Positions 8,814 through 17,268 of a DNA stretch of 64,000 bases are shown here, piece by piece. The stretch spans positions 82,766 to 146,765 of the forward strand of contig CAMDRT010000003.1 of NCBI GenBank assembly GCA_945906815.1, given 5' to 3'. This stretch comes from Bordetella parapertussis (GTDB taxonomy: Bacteria > Pseudomonadota > Gammaproteobacteria > Burkholderiales > SG8-41). Numbering within the stretch: the stretch's first letter is position 1; every line of letters starts with the position of its first letter. Both the position numbers and the translations under genes were made by a program. The notes below the pieces were generated by a model. The model did not search any database. It saw only the letters and a list, made by a program, of their open reading frames with translations, and was not told where the DNA came from.

Positions 8814-9920
8814 TTACAGCACCACTTTCTGCCGCTGCCCGGTTTCTGACGAGCGCACGATGGCATCCAGCATGCGGTGACGGCGCACCGCGTGATCGAA
8901 GTCGGCTTCGATGGGCGCACCGCTGCGTATCGCTTCGGCGAACTTCACCCACATCTGTCCCACATCGTATGAAGGGCCCAGGCCACGCACTTCTTCGGGC
9001 ACGGTTTTCAGGCGATCCGGTACCGGCAATTCCTGCAGCGCTTTGTCGTCCTTTTTCCCCCCCATGATTTTGCGTCTCACTTCCTGCCCAGCCTCGCCGC
9101 CGCCGATCATCGCCAGCGTGCCTTCGCTGCCGTAAATCTCGAAGCGGTAGCCGCTGCCGTGATACGGATGCACGCCGAGGTTGGCGCTGACCACGGCACC
9201 GCCCTCAAGCCGGCCGGAGAGCATGATGTTGTCGGGTGAAGTGACATCCACGTATTTTTGGGTGTCGCTCTCGAACCACCGCGGCACCTGGGTGCTGACC
9301 ACGGCGGCCACTTCGGTCAGTTCGCCCGCCACCATGCATAACGCATCCATCGAATGCCCGAAGGTGATGGTCAGCGTGTTCGCGCCCAGGGTGACATCTT
9401 TTTGCCAGGTGCGATCCGCAGTGCGAGTCAGTACGCCGCTGCCCATGTGCGTCATGTTCACCGACAGCACCTGCCCGACGTAACCCCCCTGGATCAGCTC
9501 GCGCATATACAGATAGGCGGGCGACGCGCGCCGCTGCAAGCCCACCATGGTGCGCACGTTTTTCTTGCGCGCCAATGCCGCCATTTCCTCGGCTTCTTTG
9601 GTGTTGGCGCCGAGCGGCCACTCGCAGTAGACATGCTTGCCGGCTTCCACCGCGGCATTCGCGATTTTGTAGTGGGCCGGCACACGCACCGCGACCAGCG
9701 CCGCTTCCACTTGCGGATCGGCGCCCATGGCGGCCAGATCGCTGTAGGCTTTTTTCACCCCGTACTTGTCGGCCGCCGCCTGGGCTGTATCGGCGTGCGC
9801 GGTACACACCGCATGCAGATCAATTTCCGGCAGCTTCTGCAGCGCAGGGCCGTGGGCACTGGGCCCCCAGCGTCCGCCCGCACCGATAAACGCAACACGC
9901 AGAGGATCAGAACTAGCCAT
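8814..9920 (-). CDS. Gfo/Idh/MocA-family NAD(P)-dependent oxidoreductase
   Basis: MASSDPLRVAFIGAGGRWG Rossmann N-terminus and HVYCEWPL (EKP-like motif). The track ORF begins 12 nt upstream. Confidence 0.9.
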   Translation of the reverse strand: MASSDPLRVAFIGAGGRWGPSAHGPALQKLPEIDLHAVCTAHADTAQAAADKYGVKKAYSDLAAMGADPQVEAALVAVRVPAHYKIANAAVEAGKHVYCEWPLGANTKEAEEMAALARKKNVRTMVGLQRRASPAYLYMRELIQGGYVGQVLSVNMTHMGSGVLTRTADRTWQKDVTLGANTLTITFGHSMDALCMVAGELTEVAAVVSTQVPRWFESDTQKYVDVTSPDNIMLSGRLEGGAVVSANLGVHPYHGSGYRFEIYGSEGTLAMIGGGEAGQEVRRKIMGGKKDDKALQELPVPDRLKTVPEEVRGLGPSYDVGQMWVKFAEAIRSGAPIEADFDHAVRRHRMLDAIVRSSETGQRQKVVL

Positions 9921-9972
9921 GAGTATCTCCAAAAGATGGGTTTAAAAAATGCTTGCCTATATAACATCGATA

Positions 9973-10034
9973 GACAGGATGAACGGGATTAACAGGATAG
10001 GTCTGGAAGGAGGTTTTATCCTGTAAATCCTGTT
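9973..10034. promoter_or_regulatory. nested inverted repeat: 2x ACAGGAT followed by 2x ATCCTGT; candidate operator or transcript-end hairpin
   Basis: ACAGGAT at 9974-9980 and 9992-9998. ATCCTGT at 10018-10024 and 10027-10033. It lies between the VOC gene end and the Gfo/Idh/MocA gene start, both on the minus strand. Confidence 0.35.
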
Positions 10035-10057
10035 GGGATGTTCTTGGGGTTGTCTAA

Positions 10058-10411
10058 TTATTTTATTTCCAGAAATTCAAGTTGCACGCCATCCGGCCCC
10101 TCGAAAAAACACACGCGGCGGTTGCCGCTTACCACCGTCTCTTCAAGAATGCCGATGCCCTGCGCCTTCAGTTTGGCGACTACCGCATCGAGTTCGTCGG
10201 TGTCGATGGCAATATGTTCCATGCCGTATTTTTGCTCGCGTTTTTGGGTCGGGTGCAGGTCGGTGATATTCAACGACAGGCCGTCGAGATCCACGCGATA
10301 GCCACTCGCCGACTGGCTGGTGATTTTTGCGCCGAAGGTGTCCACGTAAAACTGCGCCGTCTTTGTCGGGTCTTTGGTCTTCAGATGCAGGTGATTGAGC
10401 TTGATGGTCAT
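10058..10411 (-). CDS. VOC/glyoxalase-family protein
   Basis: 117 aa from the internal ATG at 10411, with a GGAGG RBS. MTIKLNHLHLKTKDPTKTAQFY...MEHIAIDTDELD...FFEGPDGVQLEF. Confidence 0.8.
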   Translation of the reverse strand: MTIKLNHLHLKTKDPTKTAQFYVDTFGAKITSQSASGYRVDLDGLSLNITDLHPTQKREQKYGMEHIAIDTDELDAVVAKLKAQGIGILEETVVSGNRRVCFFEGPDGVQLEFLEIK

Positions 10412-10460
10412 GGGTGCCTCCGTCAGTAAAGAGGGTAAATGATACCTCAGGATCGCCCGC

Positions 10461-11480
10461 TTACTCCGGCTTAAACCCGCCGACGCGGATGATCGATTGA
10501 AAACGCAGATACTCCTCCTGCATATGCCGCATAAAACCATCCGGTGTGCTGTCGGGCGTAGACTCGGCCCCCTGACGCACAAAGCGCGCGCGCAGCGCCG
10601 CTTTGCGCAGCGCGCGCGCGATATCGCTGTGCAACTGCTCGACGATGCGTCGTGGTGTGCCGATGGGCGCAACGATGCCGCACCAACTGTCGAACTGTGC
10701 TTCGGGCAGACCCACTTCGGCGATCGCCGGCACGTCTGGCAGCGTGGGGCTGCGCTGTGGCGTCATCACTGCCAGTGCACGCAGACGCCCTTCGCGCACC
10801 GGTCCCAACGCCGCCGGCAGCGTATAGATGGCGTAGTGCACGCGCCCCAACGCCATCTCGACAAAAGAATCCGTCGCCATCCTGAACGGCACATGCACGG
10901 CTACGATGCCAAGCGCACGCGAGAACACTTCCGCCGCGAGATGCGACGCCGAGCCGATGCCCAGCGACGCATAGTTCAACTCGCCGGGACGCACCCGCGC
11001 ATAAGTGACGAAATCGCGCGCCGTGCTCACCGGCAGCGTGCGCGTGATCGCCAGCACATTGGTGATCGATGCCACATGCGCCACGCCGACGATATCGGCC
11101 AGGGCACGGTACGGCGCTTGTTCGCGCATAAGCTCGGTGATCAGCCGTGTGACGCCGATCATACCCAGCGTGTAGCCATCGGCGCGCGCCTGCGACACGC
11201 GTTTGTTGCCGATCAGTCCACCCGCGCCGGGACGATTTTCGATCAGCACTCTGCGCTGATAAAGGGTCTCAAGCTCGTCGGCCAGCAAGCGCGCAAAGAA
11301 GTCGTCTGCCGCACCCACCGACGACGCCACGATGATGCGTATGGGCTTGAGCGGATAGTGGTCCTGCGTCGCCCAGCTTACGGCGATACTCTGCGCTGCG
11401 GCTAGCCCTACGCCCAGCGCGCACAGCGCCCGGCGCAATACTTTGTTTGATAAGCAACGCGAAATAGAGGCTGCAAACAT
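10461..11480 (-). CDS. Bug/TctC-family substrate-binding protein
   Basis: YPLKPIRIIVASSVGAADDFFARLL and RADGYTLG. 339 aa with a signal peptide. Confidence 0.9.
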   Translation of the reverse strand: MFAASISRCLSNKVLRRALCALGVGLAAAQSIAVSWATQDHYPLKPIRIIVASSVGAADDFFARLLADELETLYQRRVLIENRPGAGGLIGNKRVSQARADGYTLGMIGVTRLITELMREQAPYRALADIVGVAHVASITNVLAITRTLPVSTARDFVTYARVRPGELNYASLGIGSASHLAAEVFSRALGIVAVHVPFRMATDSFVEMALGRVHYAIYTLPAALGPVREGRLRALAVMTPQRSPTLPDVPAIAEVGLPEAQFDSWCGIVAPIGTPRRIVEQLHSDIARALRKAALRARFVRQGAESTPDSTPDGFMRHMQEEYLRFQSIIRVGGFKPE

Positions 11481-11568
11481 GGTCTAGGGAAGCCACTGGG
11501 TCACGTGCGTGGCAATGGCATTAAGCACCAAATACGAAGGCACCGCAACCGCAATGCTTAAACCCAGG

Positions 11569-12189
11569 TTAACCGGCCTTGCTCTCGAAATACTGCAAAT
11601 CAATAAACAGCGCCGCCGCGAGTATCAGTTGCCGCTCTTCCGCAGTCAGCCTCCTGTCCTGGTACTCCACCCGGAAGTGGTCCTTGTCGGTAAATGCCTC
11701 GCTGAGCAGTCCCGTCCACTTTTTGGTGACGACCGCCATCTGCCGTCCGCCTTTCATGAAGGGAAAAGTCCAGATTCGCCACAGGGGCGAGGAGACGGTC
11801 AGACGTACCGTCCCCGCCGCGTCCTCGACGTCGAAGCGCTTGGTGAGTAGCGAGAAGCGCTGCTGTAGCACGCCGAGCGGACGCCCCTCCGCTGTCGAGA
11901 CTTCGAGCCGCTGAAAGAACCAGCGAAACGGATGGTGCGCGACGAGCGCCGGGTCCCAGCCCGAATCGTAGATAGAAATATTGAAGGTGCGCCAGTGGCC
12001 AAGGAACTGGCGCACAAAAAACCCCAGCGCCCCGCTCTGCTGCTCGGCAGCGTAGGCCAGAATGCTGCCGCCGTCTCCCGCAGTGATGGCATACTGGTTG
12101 CGCGTCTCGAAGCCGATCAGCTCGACCAGTTCACGCTTTTGCGTGACGAGCAACGCCTGCTGCTGCACGAGGTCTTCTGCGAGGCCCAC
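11569..12189 (-). CDS. phospholipid scramblase-family (PLSCR/LURP-like) protein
   Basis: 206 aa. ELIGFETRNQYAI, GHWRTFNISIYD, RPFRWFFQRLEV, LGVLQQRF, VVTKKWTGLLSEAFTDKDHFRVEY, AAALFIDLQYFE. This matches the scramblase-family pattern as I remember it. Confidence 0.7.
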   Translation of the reverse strand: MGLAEDLVQQQALLVTQKRELVELIGFETRNQYAITAGDGGSILAYAAEQQSGALGFFVRQFLGHWRTFNISIYDSGWDPALVAHHPFRWFFQRLEVSTAEGRPLGVLQQRFSLLTKRFDVEDAAGTVRLTVSSPLWRIWTFPFMKGGRQMAVVTKKWTGLLSEAFTDKDHFRVEYQDRRLTAEERQLILAAALFIDLQYFESKAG

Positions 12190-12234
12190 CTTTTTCGAGC
12201 CTCCGTGTCGAGTATCGGACCCCCCCTTATCCGC

Positions 12235-13326
12235 TCAAATCCGCATGCGCGCAATGATCGCGGGGTCGGGGTCTTTGCCCAGGCCGGGCTCCTGGGGTAT
12301 CGCGAAGTCGCCGTTGCTGGGGATGATTTGTTCGCCAAATGGGGTCTCGGCGAAATCGCAGTAGTAGCGTTCTATCCACACCTCGCGTGCGGCTGCGGCG
12401 CATACGTGTATCGAGGCCAGCAGCCCCGGACCAAAGTAGGGTGAATGCGGCACCACGGTCACACCAAAGGCTTCACCCAGCGCGAAGATTTTGCGCATTT
12501 CGGTAACGCCGCCGATTTTGGTCACGCTGGGTTGCGCAAAACTCACTGCGCCTGCTTCCAACAGCCGCTTGAATTCAAAAAAATTGGAGATGTTTTCGCC
12601 TGCGGCAATCGGCGCCGGGCTGGCCGCGCGCAGGCGCGCGAGGCCGCTGTGATCGTCGGGCGGATAGACCGGCTCTTCGATCCACGCGAGTTTCATATCC
12701 GCCCATTCGCGCGCGATGGCAATCGCCTCATCCGCCGTCCACGGGCATGAGCAATCCACCATCAGCGGCACCTGGGGGCCGCAGGCTATGCTGGCAGCGC
12801 GCACGATATCGCTGTTGTTTTCATGCAGCTTGATCAGCCGGTAGCCGCGCCCCAGCGCCTCGGCAATTTTATCCACCACCATTTTTTTGTTGCCATAACG
12901 CAGCAGACTGGCGTACGCGGGCAGCGTGGCGCGCGCACTGCCACCGAGCAATTTATAGAGCGGCAGCCCTGCGCGTTTGGCGGCGATATCCCACAGCGCA
13001 ATATCCAGCCCCGAAATGGCGAACACCACCGCGCCGCTGCGGCCGGTGTTGTAAAGACCGCGGTGCAGATCAGCCTGGATCTGCGAAATCTGTGCGGGGT
13101 CTTTGCCGATGACACGCGGCGCGACGATTTGCTCAATGGCGGTGCGGGTTGCTAGCCAGCCTGCGTTGGAAAAAGCTTCGCCCCAGCCGGTGACGCCTTC
13201 GTCGGTTTCCACCTTGACCAGCAAGGTGTGCACATCATTCTTCGGCGCGCCGCTGGCATGCGGCACGGCTGCGTCGAGCAGCAGCGGCGTGCGGATGAGT
13301 ATGGGTTCGATGCGGGTAATTTTCAT
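12235..13326 (-). CDS. mandelate racemase/muconate lactonizing enzyme family (enolase superfamily)
   Basis: 363 aa. MKITRIEPILI...GVTGWGEAF, LIKLHE, MVDCSCPW, WIEEPV, AAGENI. Confidence 0.9.
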   Translation of the reverse strand: MKITRIEPILIRTPLLLDAAVPHASGAPKNDVHTLLVKVETDEGVTGWGEAFSNAGWLATRTAIEQIVAPRVIGKDPAQISQIQADLHRGLYNTGRSGAVVFAISGLDIALWDIAAKRAGLPLYKLLGGSARATLPAYASLLRYGNKKMVVDKIAEALGRGYRLIKLHENNSDIVRAASIACGPQVPLMVDCSCPWTADEAIAIAREWADMKLAWIEEPVYPPDDHSGLARLRAASPAPIAAGENISNFFEFKRLLEAGAVSFAQPSVTKIGGVTEMRKIFALGEAFGVTVVPHSPYFGPGLLASIHVCAAAAREVWIERYYCDFAETPFGEQIIPSNGDFAIPQEPGLGKDPDPAIIARMRI

Positions 13327-13370
13327 ACGCTTGCTCCTGAAAATAATTTATCCATCAAGGCACTGCGGCA

Positions 13371-14360
13371 TCAATCTAGCGTCACACCCGCGGCCTTGAT
13401 GATCTTGCCCCAGGTGGCGGTTTCCTGGCGGATGAAAGCGGCGAATTGTTCCGGCGTGGTCACCCGGGTTTCAGCGCCTTGCGACAGCAGCCGTTCCTTG
13501 GTCTCCGGCGCGTCCAATGATTTTGCCAGCGCGGCATGCAGCCTGGCGGAGATGTCCTTCGGTGTTGCGGACGCGATGACCACACCATACCAATTGTCGG
13601 CACGAACGCTGGGATAACCCGCTTCCGTCATCGTCGGCACCTGCGGCAGCGTGGCCTGGCGTTTGGCGGTGGCCACCGCGAGCGGGCGCAACTTGCCCGA
13701 CTTCACATGTGGCAGCAGCACTGGCACATCGAGTATGGTCAGCGACACATGCCCGCCCAATAGATCAATCACCGCGGGCGCGGCGCCCTTGTACGGCACA
13801 TGCACGAGCTGGATGCCAGCGGCGGCACGCAGCGATTCCACCGCGAGATGCGGCATGCCGCCATTGCCGGTCGAGCCGTAAGCGATCTGATCCGGCCTTG
13901 CTTTTGCCAGCGCCACCAGCTCTTTGGTCGTTTTCACCGGCAGCGACGGATGCACCACCAGCATTTCAGGTACTGTGACCGCCAGTGTCAGCGGCGCCAG
14001 TTCGCGACTAATATCAATCGGCAACTTGGCATACAGGTTCGGCGCAAACACCAGCACGCCGGTGCCGGCGAAGTACACCACATAGCCATCGGCAGGCATG
14101 GTCCTGGCGACATATTCGGCGGCAATCATGCCGCTGACACCGGCGCGATTTTCAACTATCACCTGCTGGCCTATGACTTCCGTCATTTTTTGCGCAATGC
14201 TACGGGCAAAAAAATCCGCCGGGCCGCCGGCCGGAAAACCCACCACCATGCGTATCGGCTTGGTGGGAAAATTCGCGGCGCCGCCCGGTGCTTGCGCGAG
14301 CGCAGGCGTGGTGCAGGACAAGGCCGCGGCCAACGCGGCAAGGCGCAACGGGGTATGCAT
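13371..14360 (-). CDS. Bug/TctC-family substrate-binding protein
   Basis: Signal peptide, then FPTKPIRMVVGFPAGGPADFFARSI and PADGYVV. 329 aa. Confidence 0.9.
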   Translation of the reverse strand: MHTPLRLAALAAALSCTTPALAQAPGGAANFPTKPIRMVVGFPAGGPADFFARSIAQKMTEVIGQQVIVENRAGVSGMIAAEYVARTMPADGYVVYFAGTGVLVFAPNLYAKLPIDISRELAPLTLAVTVPEMLVVHPSLPVKTTKELVALAKARPDQIAYGSTGNGGMPHLAVESLRAAAGIQLVHVPYKGAAPAVIDLLGGHVSLTILDVPVLLPHVKSGKLRPLAVATAKRQATLPQVPTMTEAGYPSVRADNWYGVVIASATPKDISARLHAALAKSLDAPETKERLLSQGAETRVTTPEQFAAFIRQETATWGKIIKAAGVTLD

Positions 14361-14427
14361 GTACGTCTCCAGTTCTATCTTTGATTAAGGGAAAGGGGTA
14401 GCGCGAAAAGGCAAAACATATCGGCCG

Positions 14428-15108
14428 TCAGTTCGCCGCGAAGCAATAAAACAAGCCATCACCACCGGTAGCGAGCAACGCCTTATGGCTGCAACCGCCG
14501 CGCGACTGGTGCGACGAGTTCCACGACGTCGCCCACGGGTCTGTGGTGGGGCCATTGCGATCATGGTGGCCCACCACGACTGCACCTTCGGCGCCGCTGC
14601 GTGTCCAGTTGCCGCAGGTCGTGTCCGGGTCGCCCGGGCCAAAAGCCCCGCCATCCACGCGCGAGCCGGTGAGTATGTCATGCCGGTTCGGCTTGTCGCC
14701 GCGCCCCGAGATAACCTCGCCTTTCTCGTTCAGCGCGGTTGCCTTGGTCACGTTATTGGCCGGTCCGTGCAAATCATCCGCGTTGTTCGCGATAAAAGCG
14801 CCTTTGACGTTTTGCCACGGTCCTTTGCCGATGCGGTCGCGTGCGTTCACCGCCTGCGCGCCATCCTTGCCCTGCGTGCTGAGATAGGCACGCCAGGTCT
14901 TGCCGCCACCGCCCACCGCTGAAGCGAGCTTTTGGCAATGTTGATCCGCGCCCGCCAGTCCACCGAGATTCGCCCCGTTACCCATGCCGCTACTGGTAAC
15001 GAAGAAGGACATGTGATTGCCGCCGCCGACCAAGCCGGCACATGCGGCAACGATCATCGCAACGCCAGCCATCGTGGCCGCCAACAAGCACTTTTTTGAG
15101 TTACGCAT
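14428..15108 (-). CDS. lipoprotein with endostatin / C-type-lectin-like (DUF1554-like) domain
   Basis: Lipobox MIVAAC. FFVTSSGMGNGANLGGLAGADQHCQKLASAVGGGGKTWRAYLSTQ resembles the endostatin core (GADFQC...A..GL.GTFRAFLSS), and a C-terminal Cys pair is present. The fold assignment is from memory. Confidence 0.55.
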   Translation of the reverse strand: MRNSKKCLLAATMAGVAMIVAACAGLVGGGNHMSFFVTSSGMGNGANLGGLAGADQHCQKLASAVGGGGKTWRAYLSTQGKDGAQAVNARDRIGKGPWQNVKGAFIANNADDLHGPANNVTKATALNEKGEVISGRGDKPNRHDILTGSRVDGGAFGPGDPDTTCGNWTRSGAEGAVVVGHHDRNGPTTDPWATSWNSSHQSRGGCSHKALLATGGDGLFYCFAAN

Positions 15109-15144
15109 AAATTACGCTCCTTGCATTGATAATGGTCAAGCGGT

Positions 15145-15363
15145 TTATGACGCGCCCTTGCGCGTCTGTTGCAATCGATAGGCGCAATCCTCTGCATGGT
15201 TTTCCAGGCGCCCATTGATATCTGTAGTGAGTTTTTTACAGAATTTACAGCGGTATTTATACATTTCACCTTCCAGATTTTCCTGAGGATATTCAATATC
15301 AAACGCATCCCGATAAGGTGAGCTCACGTAATAGTTTTCGCCTTGCGGCAATTTCGTCGACAT
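15145..15363 (-). CDS. small low-GC ORF with a C2HC zinc-finger-like motif
   Basis: 72 aa from MSTKLPQGENYY... Contains YRCKFCKKLTTDINGRLENHAEDC, which is C-x2-C-x13-H-x3-C. A GGGGAG lies about 10 nt upstream of the ATG. Third codon positions are A/T-rich, unlike the neighbouring genes. Confidence 0.4.
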   Translation of the reverse strand: MSTKLPQGENYYVSSPYRDAFDIEYPQENLEGEMYKYRCKFCKKLTTDINGRLENHAEDCAYRLQQTRKGAS

Positions 15364-15631
15364 CTTCAACATGCTCCCCTATGGTTTTCCGCAGGCAGGG
15401 GTGCTTCCCCTTTGCGCCCTCTGACTTGCCGCGCGGCCGCCACTGCCCCGATTCGACCCGCGCAAAAAAGTCTTCGCACAACCGGTGCATCAGGTCCGAC
15501 TGTTCCAGTTTCACCCGATGGTTGGTTGCGGGCGCTATCGAAAGCCGCACCGCCAGGCTGACTAGGTTCATGAATGGCGCGGAATCGATCGCGCCGGGAT
15601 CATAGCAGTACGGCGCCAATAAAACGGGCAT
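15299..15631 (-). CDS. hypothetical protein, possibly 3'-truncated by the low-GC patch
   Basis: 110 aa. GC-rich third positions hold until about 15375; the reading frame then runs on into the start of the 15145..15363 ORF. No family recognised. Confidence 0.3.
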   Translation of the reverse strand: MPVLLAPYCYDPGAIDSAPFMNLVSLAVRLSIAPATNHRVKLEQSDLMHRLCEDFFARVESGQWRPRGKSEGAKGKHPCLRKTIGEHVEDVDEIAARRKLLRELTLSGCV

Positions 15632-15820
15632 GCAAACGTTTGCGCCATTTGTTCATAGGGTGTTTAACCTTTTGCGCATGTCATTTTGGCGGAGGTTTAG
15701 AATGTGGCGCAGGACTTGCTCGAGTCGTTGCCGGGAGAACCGCTACCGGACTTCGAAAAGCAACACGGGCGCCATGCATTTCTTTTCCACGCGTAATCAA
15801 CCGAGCCACCGCTGCCCGCC

Positions 15821-17233
15821 ATGCCCGTAACTTCGCCAGCCGGCTTGACGGACAAACGCGCGCCACTGACGATTGCCATCCTGGTGGCCGTCTGCGCCGG
15901 GTTGATCGCCATGCCTGCACCGGCGGGGCTGCCCGAGGCCGGTCAGCGCGTCATTGCGGTGGCGGTGCTGGCGATAGGCTTGTGGTGCAGCGAGGCGCTG
16001 CCGGCGGGCGTGACTGCCATCGTGTTGATTGTCGCGCTGGTGTTGACCGGTTCAGTGTCCGGGTTACCCGAGGCGTTGTCGGGCTTTGCCGAACCGGTCG
16101 CCTACTTTCTCATTGGCGTACTCACCATCGGGCTGGCCGTGCAAAAGAGCGGGCTGGCGGAGCGGGTGGCGCGCTTTTTCCTGCGCCGTTCGCGCGGCAG
16201 CGCGCGCTCGCTTTACCTGCAACTGCTGCTCTCCTTTCCGCTGCTCACCTGCATCCTGCCCTCGGCCACCACACGCACCGGCATCCTCGTGCATATCTAC
16301 GAGCAGGCGCTCGACATGGCCAGCGTGCCGCGCCAGGCGCCGCTTGCCAGCGCGGTGATGATGGCTCTGAACTCGATCAACCGTCTTGCCTCCACCGTGC
16401 TGATGACCGGCGGCATTACACCGATGGTCGCTGCGGCGCTGATCGGCGGCATCGGCTGGAGCCAATGGCTGCTGCTCATGAGCGTGCCTTTCCTCGTGCT
16501 GCTGGTGACCGGGTCTGCCCTCATCTATTACCGTTACCGCGGCGGGTTCGCGCAGCGGCTGCCGGCGCTGCCGGACGAACCTGCGAAAAAACTCGCGCCG
16601 GTGGAAATTCGCACGCTCGCCATTACTGTGGGTGCTGCCGTGCTGTGGCTCACCGATGGCTGGCACCACTGGCATCCGGCGATACCGGCGCTGCTGGCGT
16701 GGATACTGATACTGATGCCCCGATTCGGCGTGCTGACCTGGACGGCGTTTGAACGCGACATCGGCTGGAGCAGTTTCTTCGTGCTGGCGTCTTCGCTCTC
16801 GCTCGCGCGCGCGCTCAAGTCCAGCGGCGCCAGCGACTGGATCGCCGGCCTCATCACCACGGCGGTACCGGCGTTCCAGGGCGAGCCCTATTACGTCGTC
16901 GCGACGCTGCTTGTCGCCTCGGTGCCGGTGCGGCTGCTGATCCCCAACATCACCGGATATCTCGCCACCACGATACCGATTGCGATGGCTATCGGCACCG
17001 CCACCGGTGTCAATCCAATGATCTGTGGCCTCGCGGTGATGATCGGCGGCGATGCGGTGCTCTACTATCCAGCGCAGAGCGTATCGTCGCTCTCGGTCTA
17101 CGAGCGCGGCTACCTGAGCGCGCCGGAAATTTTCAAATTCGGGGTGTGGATGACGCTGATCGCGTTTGTGGTGGTGCTGGCCGTGGCATTGCCGTATTGG
17201 GCGGCAGTGGGTGTATCGCTGCAGGTGCGATAG
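15821..17233 (+). CDS. DASS/SLC13-type (CitT/ArsB-NhaD superfamily) anion permease
   Basis: 470 aa polytopic membrane protein. RVIAVAVLAIGLWCSEALPAGVTAIVLIVALVLTG is the family-typical N-terminal hairpin region. Confidence 0.8.
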   Translation: MPVTSPAGLTDKRAPLTIAILVAVCAGLIAMPAPAGLPEAGQRVIAVAVLAIGLWCSEALPAGVTAIVLIVALVLTGSVSGLPEALSGFAEPVAYFLIGVLTIGLAVQKSGLAERVARFFLRRSRGSARSLYLQLLLSFPLLTCILPSATTRTGILVHIYEQALDMASVPRQAPLASAVMMALNSINRLASTVLMTGGITPMVAAALIGGIGWSQWLLLMSVPFLVLLVTGSALIYYRYRGGFAQRLPALPDEPAKKLAPVEIRTLAITVGAAVLWLTDGWHHWHPAIPALLAWILILMPRFGVLTWTAFERDIGWSSFFVLASSLSLARALKSSGASDWIAGLITTAVPAFQGEPYYVVATLLVASVPVRLLIPNITGYLATTIPIAMAIGTATGVNPMICGLAVMIGGDAVLYYPAQSVSSLSVYERGYLSAPEIFKFGVWMTLIAFVVVLAVALPYWAAVGVSLQVR

Positions 17234-17268
17234 GCTGAATTGACGATGCGCAAAGCGCATGTTCAAAC

